Assembly: GCA_048887225.1 (NCBI GenBank)
Contig: JBHLJY010000002.1
Coordinates: 192,001-256,000, forward strand
Source of the DNA: Candidatus Hodarchaeota archaeon
GTDB taxonomy: Archaea; Asgardarchaeota; Lokiarchaeia; Sigyniarchaeales; SOKP01
Reading direction: 5' to 3'
Length of the DNA: 64,000 nucleotides
Positions 9,342 through 18,791 of the stretch are shown piece after piece. Position numbers and translations under genes: made by a program. Numbering within the stretch: the first letter of the stretch is position 1; every line of letters starts with the position of its first letter. The notes under the pieces are model-generated. The model worked only from the letters and a program-made list of their open reading frames with translations. It ran no database searches and had not been told where the DNA came from.

Positions 9342-12287
9342 GTGCTAAAATCATTGACAACATTAACCTTTGATATAAAAAAAATTGAAACGTTAATTTC
9401 TAACGGCAACCATGAAAGAGCCGCGCAAGAAATCCTCGAAATAATAGAAAAATCTACTAATAAAGAATTAATCTATAAAAGTCTAAATCTTCTAAATTTA
9501 ATTTGTGATAAAACACCTTCAATTTCATTGAAAACAATTAAGAATATTGAAAAATTTATTACAGATTCTAATTCTTGGATTAGACTGGTATCTTTAGAGA
9601 TATTATATCAGATTTCTATGTTTCGACCTAATTTATTGATAGATTTAATTGATAAGATCCGAGCACGATTATTTGATCACGATCCCTCCGTAAGAAGAAT
9701 GAGTATTAAAATAATGGGAACTTTAATTTTATCTCTGCACATAGATTTGGACGAACTTCAAGAATTAATTGAAGAATTTACAGGAAAATTAATGGATAAT
9801 GATTGGAAAGTTAAATTTCAAGTTATAAAAATTATTAAAAAGCTTTTAAACCAAGATTATACAAAAATTAGAGATCTTGAACCTTTACTATCGATGGTTA
9901 TAGTCAATCTAAGAGATGAGGACGACGATGTTGCGAGAGCGGCAGCAGATTTGCTAAAATTATTGGGTAATTATTTTCTTTCCAAGGAAAAAATCTTTTA
10001 TATTTTATTGAATCTTCTTTATAACGAAAAACCTAGGGTTAAAGAACTAATTATTTGGTTATTCGGAGAAATTGGTAAAGAAAAATCTTCTGAAATAATT
10101 CAAATCATCCCTAAATTAATTAATCTTCTAAAGGAACACGATTATAGAATTCATTTAAAGGTAGTTGATGCTTTAGTAAGTATAGCTGAAAATAATTTTG
10201 ATCAAATATTTTGTAATTTAATAGATTCTTTAGATACAAGTAATCATGAATATCGTAATAATTTAATTAATGCTTTTTATGCTCTCAGCCAAAAAAATAT
10301 TTCTATCATTTTTCCTTACCTATTTGAAGAAATTGAGAGCCCTTCTGAAAATATTCGAGAAGGAACAGCCTTAGTCTTCAAAAGATTATTTGAAGAATAT
10401 CAAATAGAAATAGAAAATGAAATTACGAAAATCTTATACCATTTAGAATCAAAATATTGGAGAGAAAGAAAAAATACTATAATTTTATTACAAAACATTT
10501 GTTTTATCTTAAAAAATCAGGAATTAGCTGTCTGGATTTCTATTGAATTGAATAGAGCACTAAAAAACGAAGTTGATTCAGATATAAAGGAAGAAATAAT
10601 ATATACAATAAGTAAAATTAAATCTACCTTCAAAGACATTGATAAAAAAATCCAGAAGACGAAAAATCAGTTAAATTTATTAAATAAAGAAATCAATGAA
10701 TTTCAAAAAATTCCAGCTGAATTTAGAAAAAAGTTAAATTCCTATATAAAAGATTATAAATTTAACGATACGGAAATACGCTTGGACAAGGAATACAATA
10801 AAATTCTGAAAAAAATAAACAAATTTCATAATAAAATAAATAATTTTGAATATAAGAGGCTAGCATTTGATTTAATAGAAGAATGGGAAGACACAAGGTT
10901 TCAGATAATCGACGAGCTAAGTATTATAAAAGGTTTTATCTCCAAGATATATGAGGATAAAAAATTAGAATTTATGTCTAATTTAAAAGTGAAAATTCAA
11001 GCACTTGTTGATAGAATCAATGTTTTAAAAGCACAATTTGAAGACATTAAGGACTATGATTTTAATGATAATTTAGAAATATTAATGCGCGATTTTAGCA
11101 GTGAAAACGAGATTTTGGAAGAAAAATTCGCAAATATAACCCAAATAAGAAAGAATTTGTTTAAATTGGATTTAGACATACGAGAACTATTGATTCACAA
11201 TGTAGAGTTTAATGATATTTTCAAGGAACTCATAACAAAATGGGTAAAAGTTAAAATTGAAATTCAAGAATATTTAGTCAATCTTGATAATCAAATTAAA
11301 TTATTAAAAGAACAGATTGCTATTACTTACCCTCAAATTGAAGGTTCAACAAAAGTTTCTAAAACTCTTGATGGATTAACTAATGAACTTGCCTTTCAAC
11401 TCCTGCAAGGTCATATCCAATCAGTTATATCGCAAGCTATAGAAGTTTTCAAAAAATTTAACGATAATTTTGAAGAATTTAATGCAAAGCTAGAACTCTT
11501 CATCAAAAAAAAAGAATTCGACAATGTTAGAAAATTAATAGATATGAAATCTACACAAATTCAAACATTTATCTCTGAGACTGAAAATCAAATTGATAAT
11601 TTAATTGGAAAGGAAAAAATTTCTGAAGATAATAGAAACATATTTAATTTATTTATCAGACCTTACATAGACAAATGGAACGCTTCTAAAGAATTACTTA
11701 TTAATAAATTAAAACATTTTAATAAAAAATATGAGGAAAAGCTCTATCTAAATCAATTCAAGCATTATTTAAAGATAATGAATCCAATCAAACTTGATTT
11801 ACTCTCATCTTATATTGGATTGGAAAAAGAACAATTAAAGGATCTAACTCTAAAATTTATTAATAAGAATAAGCTAAATGTTAAAATATTGAATAATTAT
11901 CTATATTCACAAAAAATTGAATACAATATTACTGATGACAAAAATCTTCTCTTTTTTAAAAATGTTAAGACAATTGGCAATAAAATATATTTATACTTTA
12001 AGTTAAATAATCCATCAAATTTAGATTTTAAAGATTTACATATTTCCTTAAAAACCCCTATATATCTTAAGTTCTTGAAAAAAGAGAGCTATCCTAAACA
12101 CCTTCATATAAGCGAGTTAAAAACAGGAAACGTATTTAAATTCAATTACGTATTAAAGATACGCAAGAATATTAACAGAAATTTGTCCGATCCGAGTGCT
12201 GATGAAATTTCACTTAATCTTTATTATAAGGATCTGTTTGACATACCAAAAAAAACAACAAAAAAAATTAACCTTCTTCTTCCTTAG
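9342..12287 (+). CDS. HEAT-repeat protein with coiled coil, PCI-like winged helix and C-terminal Ig-like domain
   Basis: HEAT units (DSNSWIR, DHDPSVR, DNDWKVK, DEDDDVAR, EKPRVK, PSENIRE); long helical middle; IKLDLLSSYIGLEKEQLKDLTLKFINKNKLNVKI; beta-rich tail. Confidence 0.8.
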   Translation: MLKSLTTLTFDIKKIETLISNGNHERAAQEILEIIEKSTNKELIYKSLNLLNLICDKTPSISLKTIKNIEKFITDSNSWIRLVSLEILYQISMFRPNLLIDLIDKIRARLFDHDPSVRRMSIKIMGTLILSLHIDLDELQELIEEFTGKLMDNDWKVKFQVIKIIKKLLNQDYTKIRDLEPLLSMVIVNLRDEDDDVARAAADLLKLLGNYFLSKEKIFYILLNLLYNEKPRVKELIIWLFGEIGKEKSSEIIQIIPKLINLLKEHDYRIHLKVVDALVSIAENNFDQIFCNLIDSLDTSNHEYRNNLINAFYALSQKNISIIFPYLFEEIESPSENIREGTALVFKRLFEEYQIEIENEITKILYHLESKYWRERKNTIILLQNICFILKNQELAVWISIELNRALKNEVDSDIKEEIIYTISKIKSTFKDIDKKIQKTKNQLNLLNKEINEFQKIPAEFRKKLNSYIKDYKFNDTEIRLDKEYNKILKKINKFHNKINNFEYKRLAFDLIEEWEDTRFQIIDELSIIKGFISKIYEDKKLEFMSNLKVKIQALVDRINVLKAQFEDIKDYDFNDNLEILMRDFSSENEILEEKFANITQIRKNLFKLDLDIRELLIHNVEFNDIFKELITKWVKVKIEIQEYLVNLDNQIKLLKEQIAITYPQIEGSTKVSKTLDGLTNELAFQLLQGHIQSVISQAIEVFKKFNDNFEEFNAKLELFIKKKEFDNVRKLIDMKSTQIQTFISETENQIDNLIGKEKISEDNRNIFNLFIRPYIDKWNASKELLINKLKHFNKKYEEKLYLNQFKHYLKIMNPIKLDLLSSYIGLEKEQLKDLTLKFINKNKLNVKILNNYLYSQKIEYNITDDKNLLFFKNVKTIGNKIYLYFKLNNPSNLDFKDLHISLKTPIYLKFLKKESYPKHLHISELKTGNVFKFNYVLKIRKNINRNLSDPSADEISLNLYYKDLFDIPKKTTKKINLLLP

Positions 12288-12393
12288 AAAAAAATCCTTT
12301 TATTTTGGAAAATTAATCTAAATATATAATAATTTTATAGATTATTATACAAGAAAAAATGAATAAATTAAAAAATTATATTTGAGGTGTTTA

Positions 12394-13419
12394 ATGGAAA
12401 ATTATCGGTTAACAAAACAAGTAAAGATATTTGGATGATCATGTAAACTTGGAAGCAGTAAACTAAACGAACTATTGAGGAAAGTTGGATTACAAAAAAA
12501 TGGGGATATAGAAGATGCAGCAATTATACCAATACCTAATAGCGATATGGTTCATATAAAAAGCCTTGATATTTTCACACCCATCGTAGATGAACCAAAA
12601 ATAATGGGAGAAATAACCGCTTGCAACGTTACTAATGATGTGTTTGCTATGAACGTTCTTGAAATCTCAGGAATGCTTGCTTTTCTCGCAATAAAAACAG
12701 ATACGCCTATAGAAATTGCCGAAGGTATATTAGAAGGAATGAAATATTTCATGGAAAGAAAAATTAATTCTAAAGTAGTTGGGGGTCACACAATTTATAG
12801 TGAATGGCCTCTAATGGGTGGAGAAGCGAGTGGATTCCTTCATAAGGATAAAGTGATTCGAAAAATTGGCGCGAAAAAAGGAGATAAATTAATTCTTACA
12901 AAGCCTATAGGGTTACAAGCGATTTCAGCGGCATATAGACTTTTAAAAGATATACCTGAGATGTTAGAACAATATTCCTTAAATGAGCTCAAGAATTCAA
13001 TCGATCTAGCAATAGAAATTATGACTACTTCAAGTCAAGATGTAATTAAAACGATACATTCATACAAAGATTTTTCGTTTATTCATGCAATGAGCGATAT
13101 TTCTGGATTTGGTCTTGCAGGCCATTTGCAAGAAATGCTTCAAAGTTCAGAATTATCCGCAATTATAGATACTGTACCATCTATAAAATTTTCTAGGGAA
13201 CTCTCTGACGAGTTAGGCTACGATTTTGAAGGTTGCTTGTGTGCTGAAACTGCGGGAGGTATGTTAATAGCTGTGGATCAAAATAATGTCGAAGAGTTTT
13301 CTAATACATTAAATAGTAACGGTAATAAAAATTGGATTATCGGAAAAATTGATAAGATAAAACCTAAGCTCGTAAAAATTTCAGAAAAAGTCGAATATCT
13401 TGAAATTACGAAAATTTAA
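12394..13419 (+). CDS. selD: Selenophosphate synthetase, selenoprotein (Sec at TGA 12436-12438)
   Basis: GAGGTG SD at 12384-12389, ATG 12394, MENYRLTKQVKIFG-U-SCKLG in frame with the tracked ORF. EDAA, DIFTPIVD, NDVFAM, GGHT, LTKPIG, DISGFGLAGHL, ETAGGML. Confidence 0.95.
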
Positions 13420-13489
13420 CTCCTTAAAGTATGAATTTTATGTAAAAATATTAGACATAAGATGACTAACCTTGCGATGGTTTATGGAG
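13420..13489 (+). promoter_or_regulatory. Eukaryote-type SECIS element in the selD 3' UTR
   Basis: ATGA (13431-34), ATTTTATGT pairing with ACATAAGAT, A-rich loop AAAAATATTAG, GA (13464-65); basal helix CTCCtTAAA/TTTAtGGAG. Confidence 0.8.
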
Positions 13490-13518
13490 GATAAAACAAA
13501 AGGAAATTATTAAATCTT

Positions 13519-14316
13519 TTATTTATAATATTTTTTAATTTTCCCTTTAAGTTTTAGAACGATCTCTTTTAATTCATTGAGTGCTCTATCAATTAATTCT
13601 TCTCCGTTCTCAACATTAAAAGCAGTAATTGAAATCTCTACTTCAACAGAAATGCCAACTCTCGGATGAGTTTTAATCCATAATTGAGGATTTTTTTTTT
13701 CAATTTCACTAACATAAGGTGCAATTTGGCTTTCTCCAATCCCGGAAAAAATAAATCCTTTTTCTATAAACTTACCCTTTTTTTCTTTTAAAATGGGTAA
13801 AATTACAATGCTAAAAATTTTCTTCATTTCTGCCGGAACTCCTGGTAAGCAATAAATGCTCGTTTTACCTTCTCTAATTTTTACGCCTGGAGCAGTCCCT
13901 CTAAGATTTGGCAATGGTATTGACCCTTTAGGTAAATATGCCATTTTTTTTCTCTCTTTAGTCATCCCCTCAAGTTTTAGAATGCCTTGCTTATAAGCTT
14001 GATTGTAGGCTTTTTTAATCGAATTATATGCTTGTTCGTTAAGTTCTAATTCTCGACCTAACGCTCTCCCAACTCCTTCTAACGTCATATCGTCGAACGT
14101 CGGACCTAATCCTCCTGAGGTTATAATAATATCAGGTTCACGCTTTAAAATATCTCGAAGAGCACTTGAAATTTTTTCTAACTCATCGCCAATTATAGTG
14201 ATCCTTACAAGTTTATGTCCAAATTTTGTTATTCTCTTTGCCATCCAATTAGAATTAGTATCTTGAGTCTTTCCGATAAGAATTTCATTTCCTATTATTA
14301 AAAGTTCAACGTTCAT
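13519..14316 (-). CDS. CinA-like molybdopterin-binding-domain protein
   Basis: IIGNEILIGKTQDTNS, SGGLGPTFDDMT, GTAPG, LPGVPAEM. Confidence 0.88.
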   Translation of the reverse strand: MNVELLIIGNEILIGKTQDTNSNWMAKRITKFGHKLVRITIIGDELEKISSALRDILKREPDIIITSGGLGPTFDDMTLEGVGRALGRELELNEQAYNSIKKAYNQAYKQGILKLEGMTKERKKMAYLPKGSIPLPNLRGTAPGVKIREGKTSIYCLPGVPAEMKKIFSIVILPILKEKKGKFIEKGFIFSGIGESQIAPYVSEIEKKNPQLWIKTHPRVGISVEVEISITAFNVENGEELIDRALNELKEIVLKLKGKIKKYYK

Positions 14317-14404
14317 ATTCCTTTTAAAAGAAATTGTATTATAATTTAGATAATTAATAATTTCATTTTATCTTATCTTTATTAAGACACAGTGATTTTA
14401 AACT

Positions 14405-14977
14405 ATGACAATTCAAATAGATGATGCTGGAACTGGAGATCTTATTGGTGATGCTTTTATCGGTTTATTGAGAAAGGAAACAAGTAAAATTATTTTTAGA
14501 ACCCTTCCAGTGGAATTATTTCAAGAGAAGAATTGGAAAAATAAAATGCCCTTTAAAATCGTTGTAGACTTAGTTAAAGATGGTTTGCGAGAATTAAAAT
14601 TTAATAGAGAATCTGAAAAAATTGAAATTTGCCAAGGAAACATTTTTGAACAAGTAAGAACCTTTTTTGACGAAACTGGGATAAATTATGAATCAGTAAC
14701 TATAGAAGGAAAACTTCAAGATGCCGTTGAAAGTAAATTGGTAAATCATCTTCGTGATTTAGGAGTTAAGTCAAAAAATTTAACGAAAAAATCTGGAGCA
14801 AGACGGTATTTTGTACTTTTTAATTGGCTCTGTCGAGATTTTTATAATAGGGAAAAATACGTAAAAACAGGTTTCAAAAAATGGAATTCAACATGGAGAG
14901 AAAAAGCAATTAGAAGATACAATAAATTTCAACAATCAAAATCTTACAAAAAATCAAAATATACCAAAAATTATTAA
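14405..14977 (+). CDS. Conserved archaeal protein with an RNase H-like N-terminus
   Basis: IQIDDAGTGDLIG resembles the RNase HII GIDEAGRG motif. Confidence 0.55.
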   Translation: MTIQIDDAGTGDLIGDAFIGLLRKETSKIIFRTLPVELFQEKNWKNKMPFKIVVDLVKDGLRELKFNRESEKIEICQGNIFEQVRTFFDETGINYESVTIEGKLQDAVESKLVNHLRDLGVKSKNLTKKSGARRYFVLFNWLCRDFYNREKYVKTGFKKWNSTWREKAIRRYNKFQQSKSYKKSKYTKNY

Positions 14978-14987
14978 AATAAGTAAA

Positions 14988-15665
14988 TTATTTTAACTCT
15001 GTTCCACAATAAGAACAAATTTTTGTATTTCTTGCTAATTTTGCTCCACATGCAAAACAAATTACATGATCTCTACCAATCTCTGCGTTCTCATCTTTTT
15101 TTTCTTGATTTTCATGATTGTTAGGAACTCTCGTATCTAATTTTTCGCTAAGCTCTTTCATCTTATCAACGTAATTTGGATCGTGTGGTGTTATTATTTT
15201 AAAGTCTTTTGGGGCTGAAATTTCTAAAATCCCTTTTGCTTTACTATCAAATTTCAATTTTTCCACCCAATTATCGCCATCCAAACCTTTTGATGCAACT
15301 TTTTCAGAATTTTTTAGTGGTTGGTTAATTTTTTCAGTTTCATCTAAAATTAATGGTTCAGTTTTTTCGATTTCTAAGGGTTTTTGTTCAATAGATATTT
15401 CTTCTTTATTTTTTATATTTTCAATTATGATTTCTTCCTTTCTGGGTGATTTTAACTCTTTAATATGATCAAGAATTTGTTGTGTCTTAGTTATAAGCAT
15501 ATTTCTATAAGAAAAATCCAATCCCGCGGTTTTTGAAGCAGCAATAGTCATCTCCGATATTTCAATCCATAACTGGACAGCATTTTTCATATCATTTTGT
15601 TTTTCGTAGCTTCTTGCTTTAGCAACTTTAATGCTAAGTTCTTGATTAAATTTAGAAATGTCCAT
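14988..15665 (-). CDS. MIT-like domain plus C-terminal zinc-ribbon protein
   Basis: N-terminal three-helix pattern (KARSYEKQNDMKNAVQLW...TQQILDHIKELK); CFAC-x10-CSYC at the C-terminus. Confidence 0.65.
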   Translation of the reverse strand: MDISKFNQELSIKVAKARSYEKQNDMKNAVQLWIEISEMTIAASKTAGLDFSYRNMLITKTQQILDHIKELKSPRKEEIIIENIKNKEEISIEQKPLEIEKTEPLILDETEKINQPLKNSEKVASKGLDGDNWVEKLKFDSKAKGILEISAPKDFKIITPHDPNYVDKMKELSEKLDTRVPNNHENQEKKDENAEIGRDHVICFACGAKLARNTKICSYCGTELK

Positions 15666-15857
15666 GGATATCTTTAAATTTTTTATCTTAAAATATGATT
15701 AACAAATCAACTTAAATATATATTAATTGCTAACTTTCTCAAATAAAAGGTAATTTAAATTTTTATTGTAGTCCAATTTCTATAAAATTAAAATCAAAGA
15801 ATACTATTAGTTAAATAAAAATAAAGCATATTATAATTTATTTTAAAATAGTTCCTT

Positions 15858-17735
15858 ATGTCTATTGTAAGACCATTTTCTTCAAGCGAGATAAGCAATT
15901 TAAGAGAAATTTTTGAAAAAAATGGATTTAAGATAAACGGACACATAGAAAACTACTTTCGATATAGTATTTCCACGAGAGATAAGATTCTAATTATTAT
16001 ATTAAAATTTCCTATAGAATTACCTTTAAGAATGAATATTCCTTTTGAAGTAGCTTGTTTTCGAATCTGCATGGTATTGAAATTATGGAACCTTACGCAA
16101 AAAGCTTACAAAATTCTTATTTACTTATTGAAGATGTTGCGTAATTTAGCACTTCAAGTTTCTATGGAACACCATTTTCCAGTCGAGGGATTCCAGAAAA
16201 AGATTGTTAATCTATTAAATATTATTATGCCAGATCTCATAAAAAACGAAAATGAAAAAGCGTGGTTAGCTCGTATTAGAATCTCATTATTAAATAAAAG
16301 GCACAAGTTCGAAGAATTTGAAAACAAGAGTATAAATAACTTAGTCGAAACTTTAAATAAAGCTGGACTAAAACCTACTTTTGAGCAACCATGGGAAATT
16401 AAAAAAGGAATTCCAAAAATTAGAACATCAGAAACATTGCTTTTTTCTAGCGAAGAAGAGCAAGAATTTTTCATTTTAGAAAAAGGATATTTCACTTATT
16501 TTAAAGATTTAGAATATAACAAAATTTACCTAAGATCTTTATTTGAGTCGTATACTCCCTATCTTCTAAGTGATTTATATAGAGATCTTCCCGAATTTAA
16601 AATAGATACATATCTCGAAAATTGGATCAAATTTGCTCGATTACTTTTAAATTCAATGATAGAAATCCTAGATGCGGGAGAGATAAATAAGAGCGAATTT
16701 CTAGATTTTCGTGCAGAGAAGGAATTGGATTCAGAAGATTTCGAATTAGAAGAAAATAATTTTTCATTTTCAGCCCTACATTATGAAAGTCGTATTACAA
16801 AAGATTTGTATCCTCTACATAACGATTTATTTGATAATCCTCCTTCAAATTTTGAAGTTATCGAATCTATTCAAAATTATACTAAAGCAGAGGAGTTAAT
16901 TAAAAATTTTAAATTTAAAGAAGCTTCTGAAATTTTAGACGAGTCCTTGAAAGTTTTTAATAAGTATAAACAGAAGAAAGCTGTTGTTTCAATTTTGTTA
17001 TATCTTAGAAAAATTGCTTCTCTTTTGAATCAAAAAAAAATTACTTTAAATTATTTACAAAATGCTTTGGAAGTTGCGAAAACCGGAGAAGTCCCTAAAG
17101 AATATATCTTAAGAATCCACTATCAGTTAGGGAAAACCTATTTTAAACTTAAAGATCACCATAATGCGCTAAATCATTTTAAGATAATTATTACTTCCTT
17201 AGAAAACGAAAAAGATTCTATAACAAAAGTTGAATATTTAGGAATGGCATCACTCTACATTGGATTAATCTATCTAGAACAAAAGGAAATATCTAAATCG
17301 AAAATCCATTTAAAGAAAGCATTTTATAGTAAATCTGAAAAAGTTAAATTAAAATATCATTTACTCTATGCGAAATATTTTAAGAATAAAGGAAATCTCT
17401 CTAAAGCTCATAAATTGTTAAAGATGGCATTTTCTGAAGTAAATTTAATTGAAGAAAAACACGTAAATCTCCTTATTGATTTAATGTTAGAATTGGCAGA
17501 GTTCACCATTCATTATCGTAAAGCTCCGAAAAAAGCACTACATTACCTTAACGCAATTAAGAGCTCCTTATCCCAAGAGAAAATTTCGGGATTTCAAAGA
17601 ACTTTACGATGGAATTTATTAATGTCGGATTTTTATAAATTAATTAAGGATGATGAAAATTCTGCTCATCATCTAAGACAAGGTAAAACTATAAAAAATC
17701 AATTAAGAGTAATCGGAGTAATAGAACTTGATTAG
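15858..17735 (+). CDS. TPR-repeat protein
   Basis: C-terminal half has TPR-like units (HYQLGKTYFKLKDHHNALNHF; LYIGLIYLEQKEISKSKIHLKKA). Confidence 0.75.
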   Translation: MSIVRPFSSSEISNLREIFEKNGFKINGHIENYFRYSISTRDKILIIILKFPIELPLRMNIPFEVACFRICMVLKLWNLTQKAYKILIYLLKMLRNLALQVSMEHHFPVEGFQKKIVNLLNIIMPDLIKNENEKAWLARIRISLLNKRHKFEEFENKSINNLVETLNKAGLKPTFEQPWEIKKGIPKIRTSETLLFSSEEEQEFFILEKGYFTYFKDLEYNKIYLRSLFESYTPYLLSDLYRDLPEFKIDTYLENWIKFARLLLNSMIEILDAGEINKSEFLDFRAEKELDSEDFELEENNFSFSALHYESRITKDLYPLHNDLFDNPPSNFEVIESIQNYTKAEELIKNFKFKEASEILDESLKVFNKYKQKKAVVSILLYLRKIASLLNQKKITLNYLQNALEVAKTGEVPKEYILRIHYQLGKTYFKLKDHHNALNHFKIIITSLENEKDSITKVEYLGMASLYIGLIYLEQKEISKSKIHLKKAFYSKSEKVKLKYHLLYAKYFKNKGNLSKAHKLLKMAFSEVNLIEEKHVNLLIDLMLELAEFTIHYRKAPKKALHYLNAIKSSLSQEKISGFQRTLRWNLLMSDFYKLIKDDENSAHHLRQGKTIKNQLRVIGVIELD

Positions 17736-17751
17736 ATAAATTAATAAATAT

Positions 17752-17955
17752 TTATCTTTTAAATTGACTTCTCTTTGCTCCTAAAGAATCAGTTTGCCCA
17801 CCATACGTGCCCTGAATTATCCTTTTATTGTAAATTTCTCGGAAACGGACTCTGGGGGATTTCTTTTTTTTAGCATTAACTCCTGTTCTATCGACTTTAG
17901 GAGTCTGCATTTTGACCTTTCCAGCTTTAGTTAATGAACCATGCGAACCAGGCAT
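17752..17955 (-). CDS. rps30e: 30S ribosomal protein S30e (eS30)
   Basis: MPGSHGSLTKAGKVKMQTPKV signature; ATG at 17955. Confidence 0.95.
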   Translation of the reverse strand: MPGSHGSLTKAGKVKMQTPKVDRTGVNAKKKKSPRVRFREIYNKRIIQGTYGGQTDSLGAKRSQFKR

Positions 17956-18201
17956 TATTAGCACAAATTTATTTTTATGTAATTCCTTTAATTAAGAATC
18001 TGTTTTCTTATAAAATTTAATACTTTTAAACTCTTAAATCTTTTTTTCCAATTTTCTTAAATATGTATTGGTTAAATTATATATTATCTTTAATAAGAAA
18101 TTAATGATATTGAATATATTATGGATTAAACTCAAATATTATGTTAGATTAAATCAAAATATATTATCCCTCATTCATTAATATTTAACTGTTAAATTTA
18201 A

Positions 18202-18304
18202 GGGAACTTGGCGAAGCTCGGTATCGCGGCAGGCTCCAGATCCCGTAGGCAAGCAAATGCGAGCAGATACCTGTTGGTCGGGGGTTCAAATCCCTCAGTT
18301 CCCA
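18202..18304 (+). tRNA. tRNA-Trp(CCA) with a 29-nt intron at 37/38 (18240-18268)
   Basis: Acceptor GGGAACT/AGTTCCC plus A73; anticodon stem GCAGG/CCTGT; CCA anticodon at 18236-18238; T-arm with GGTTCAAATCC; 3' CCA not encoded. Confidence 0.92.
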
Positions 18305-18390
18305 TTTTTATACGGAATCTAAAAATAGAAGAGATTAAATTTATCTAATAGAATAAATAATAATGAGTAAAATGAGGAGATTTTTTTAAT

Positions 18391-18771
18391 ATGTTTCGAA
18401 TTGAAATCATAGGGGAAAATTGTTTATATATAAAAACCCTAGGGACCTTTCCTAAATCTGTAGCTAAGCGATTCGTAAAAGAATTTGAAGAAAAAACTAA
18501 GGATTATAAAAATTTATGCGCAATCGTAGACAATCTTGACGCAATTTTATTAGACTTAAGATCATTTAATATTATTTTAGATTTATTAAAAAAAAATAAC
18601 CAAAAATTAGGAAGAGCAGCGTATGTTATTTCAGAAAAGAATCTTCCTTTAGACAAAGAAATTCAAATCTTATTGGAAAGAGCATCTTCTCCAAATCGAA
18701 AATTAGTCCATAGCCTTGACGAAGCTAAAAAGTGGGTTGGGCTTAAAGATATTATCATTCAAAAGAAATAA
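18391..18771 (+). CDS. SpoIIAA/STAS-SEC14-like protein
   Basis: Size and pattern (AIVDNL, RAAYVIS, VHSLDEAKKWV); GAGGAG SD. Confidence 0.6.
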   Translation: MFRIEIIGENCLYIKTLGTFPKSVAKRFVKEFEEKTKDYKNLCAIVDNLDAILLDLRSFNIILDLLKKNNQKLGRAAYVISEKNLPLDKEIQILLERASSPNRKLVHSLDEAKKWVGLKDIIIQKK

Positions 18772-18791
18772 TTTACTTGTATGTTATCATT

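Noticed and set aside
12436-12438. selD as a nonsense pseudogene, or starting at TTG 12475
   Set aside because: The TGA falls exactly at the catalytic Cys/Sec position, and an SD, an ATG and a SECIS-like element are all present.
17752-17964. Ubiquitin-like fusion to eS30, as in eukaryotic FAU
   Set aside because: The frame has no upstream Ubl domain; the gene begins at MPGSHGSL.
18202-18304. tRNA-Sec or a UGA suppressor to partner selD
   Set aside because: Anticodon is CCA, the acceptor stem is 7 bp and the variable arm is short; the extra length is an intron.
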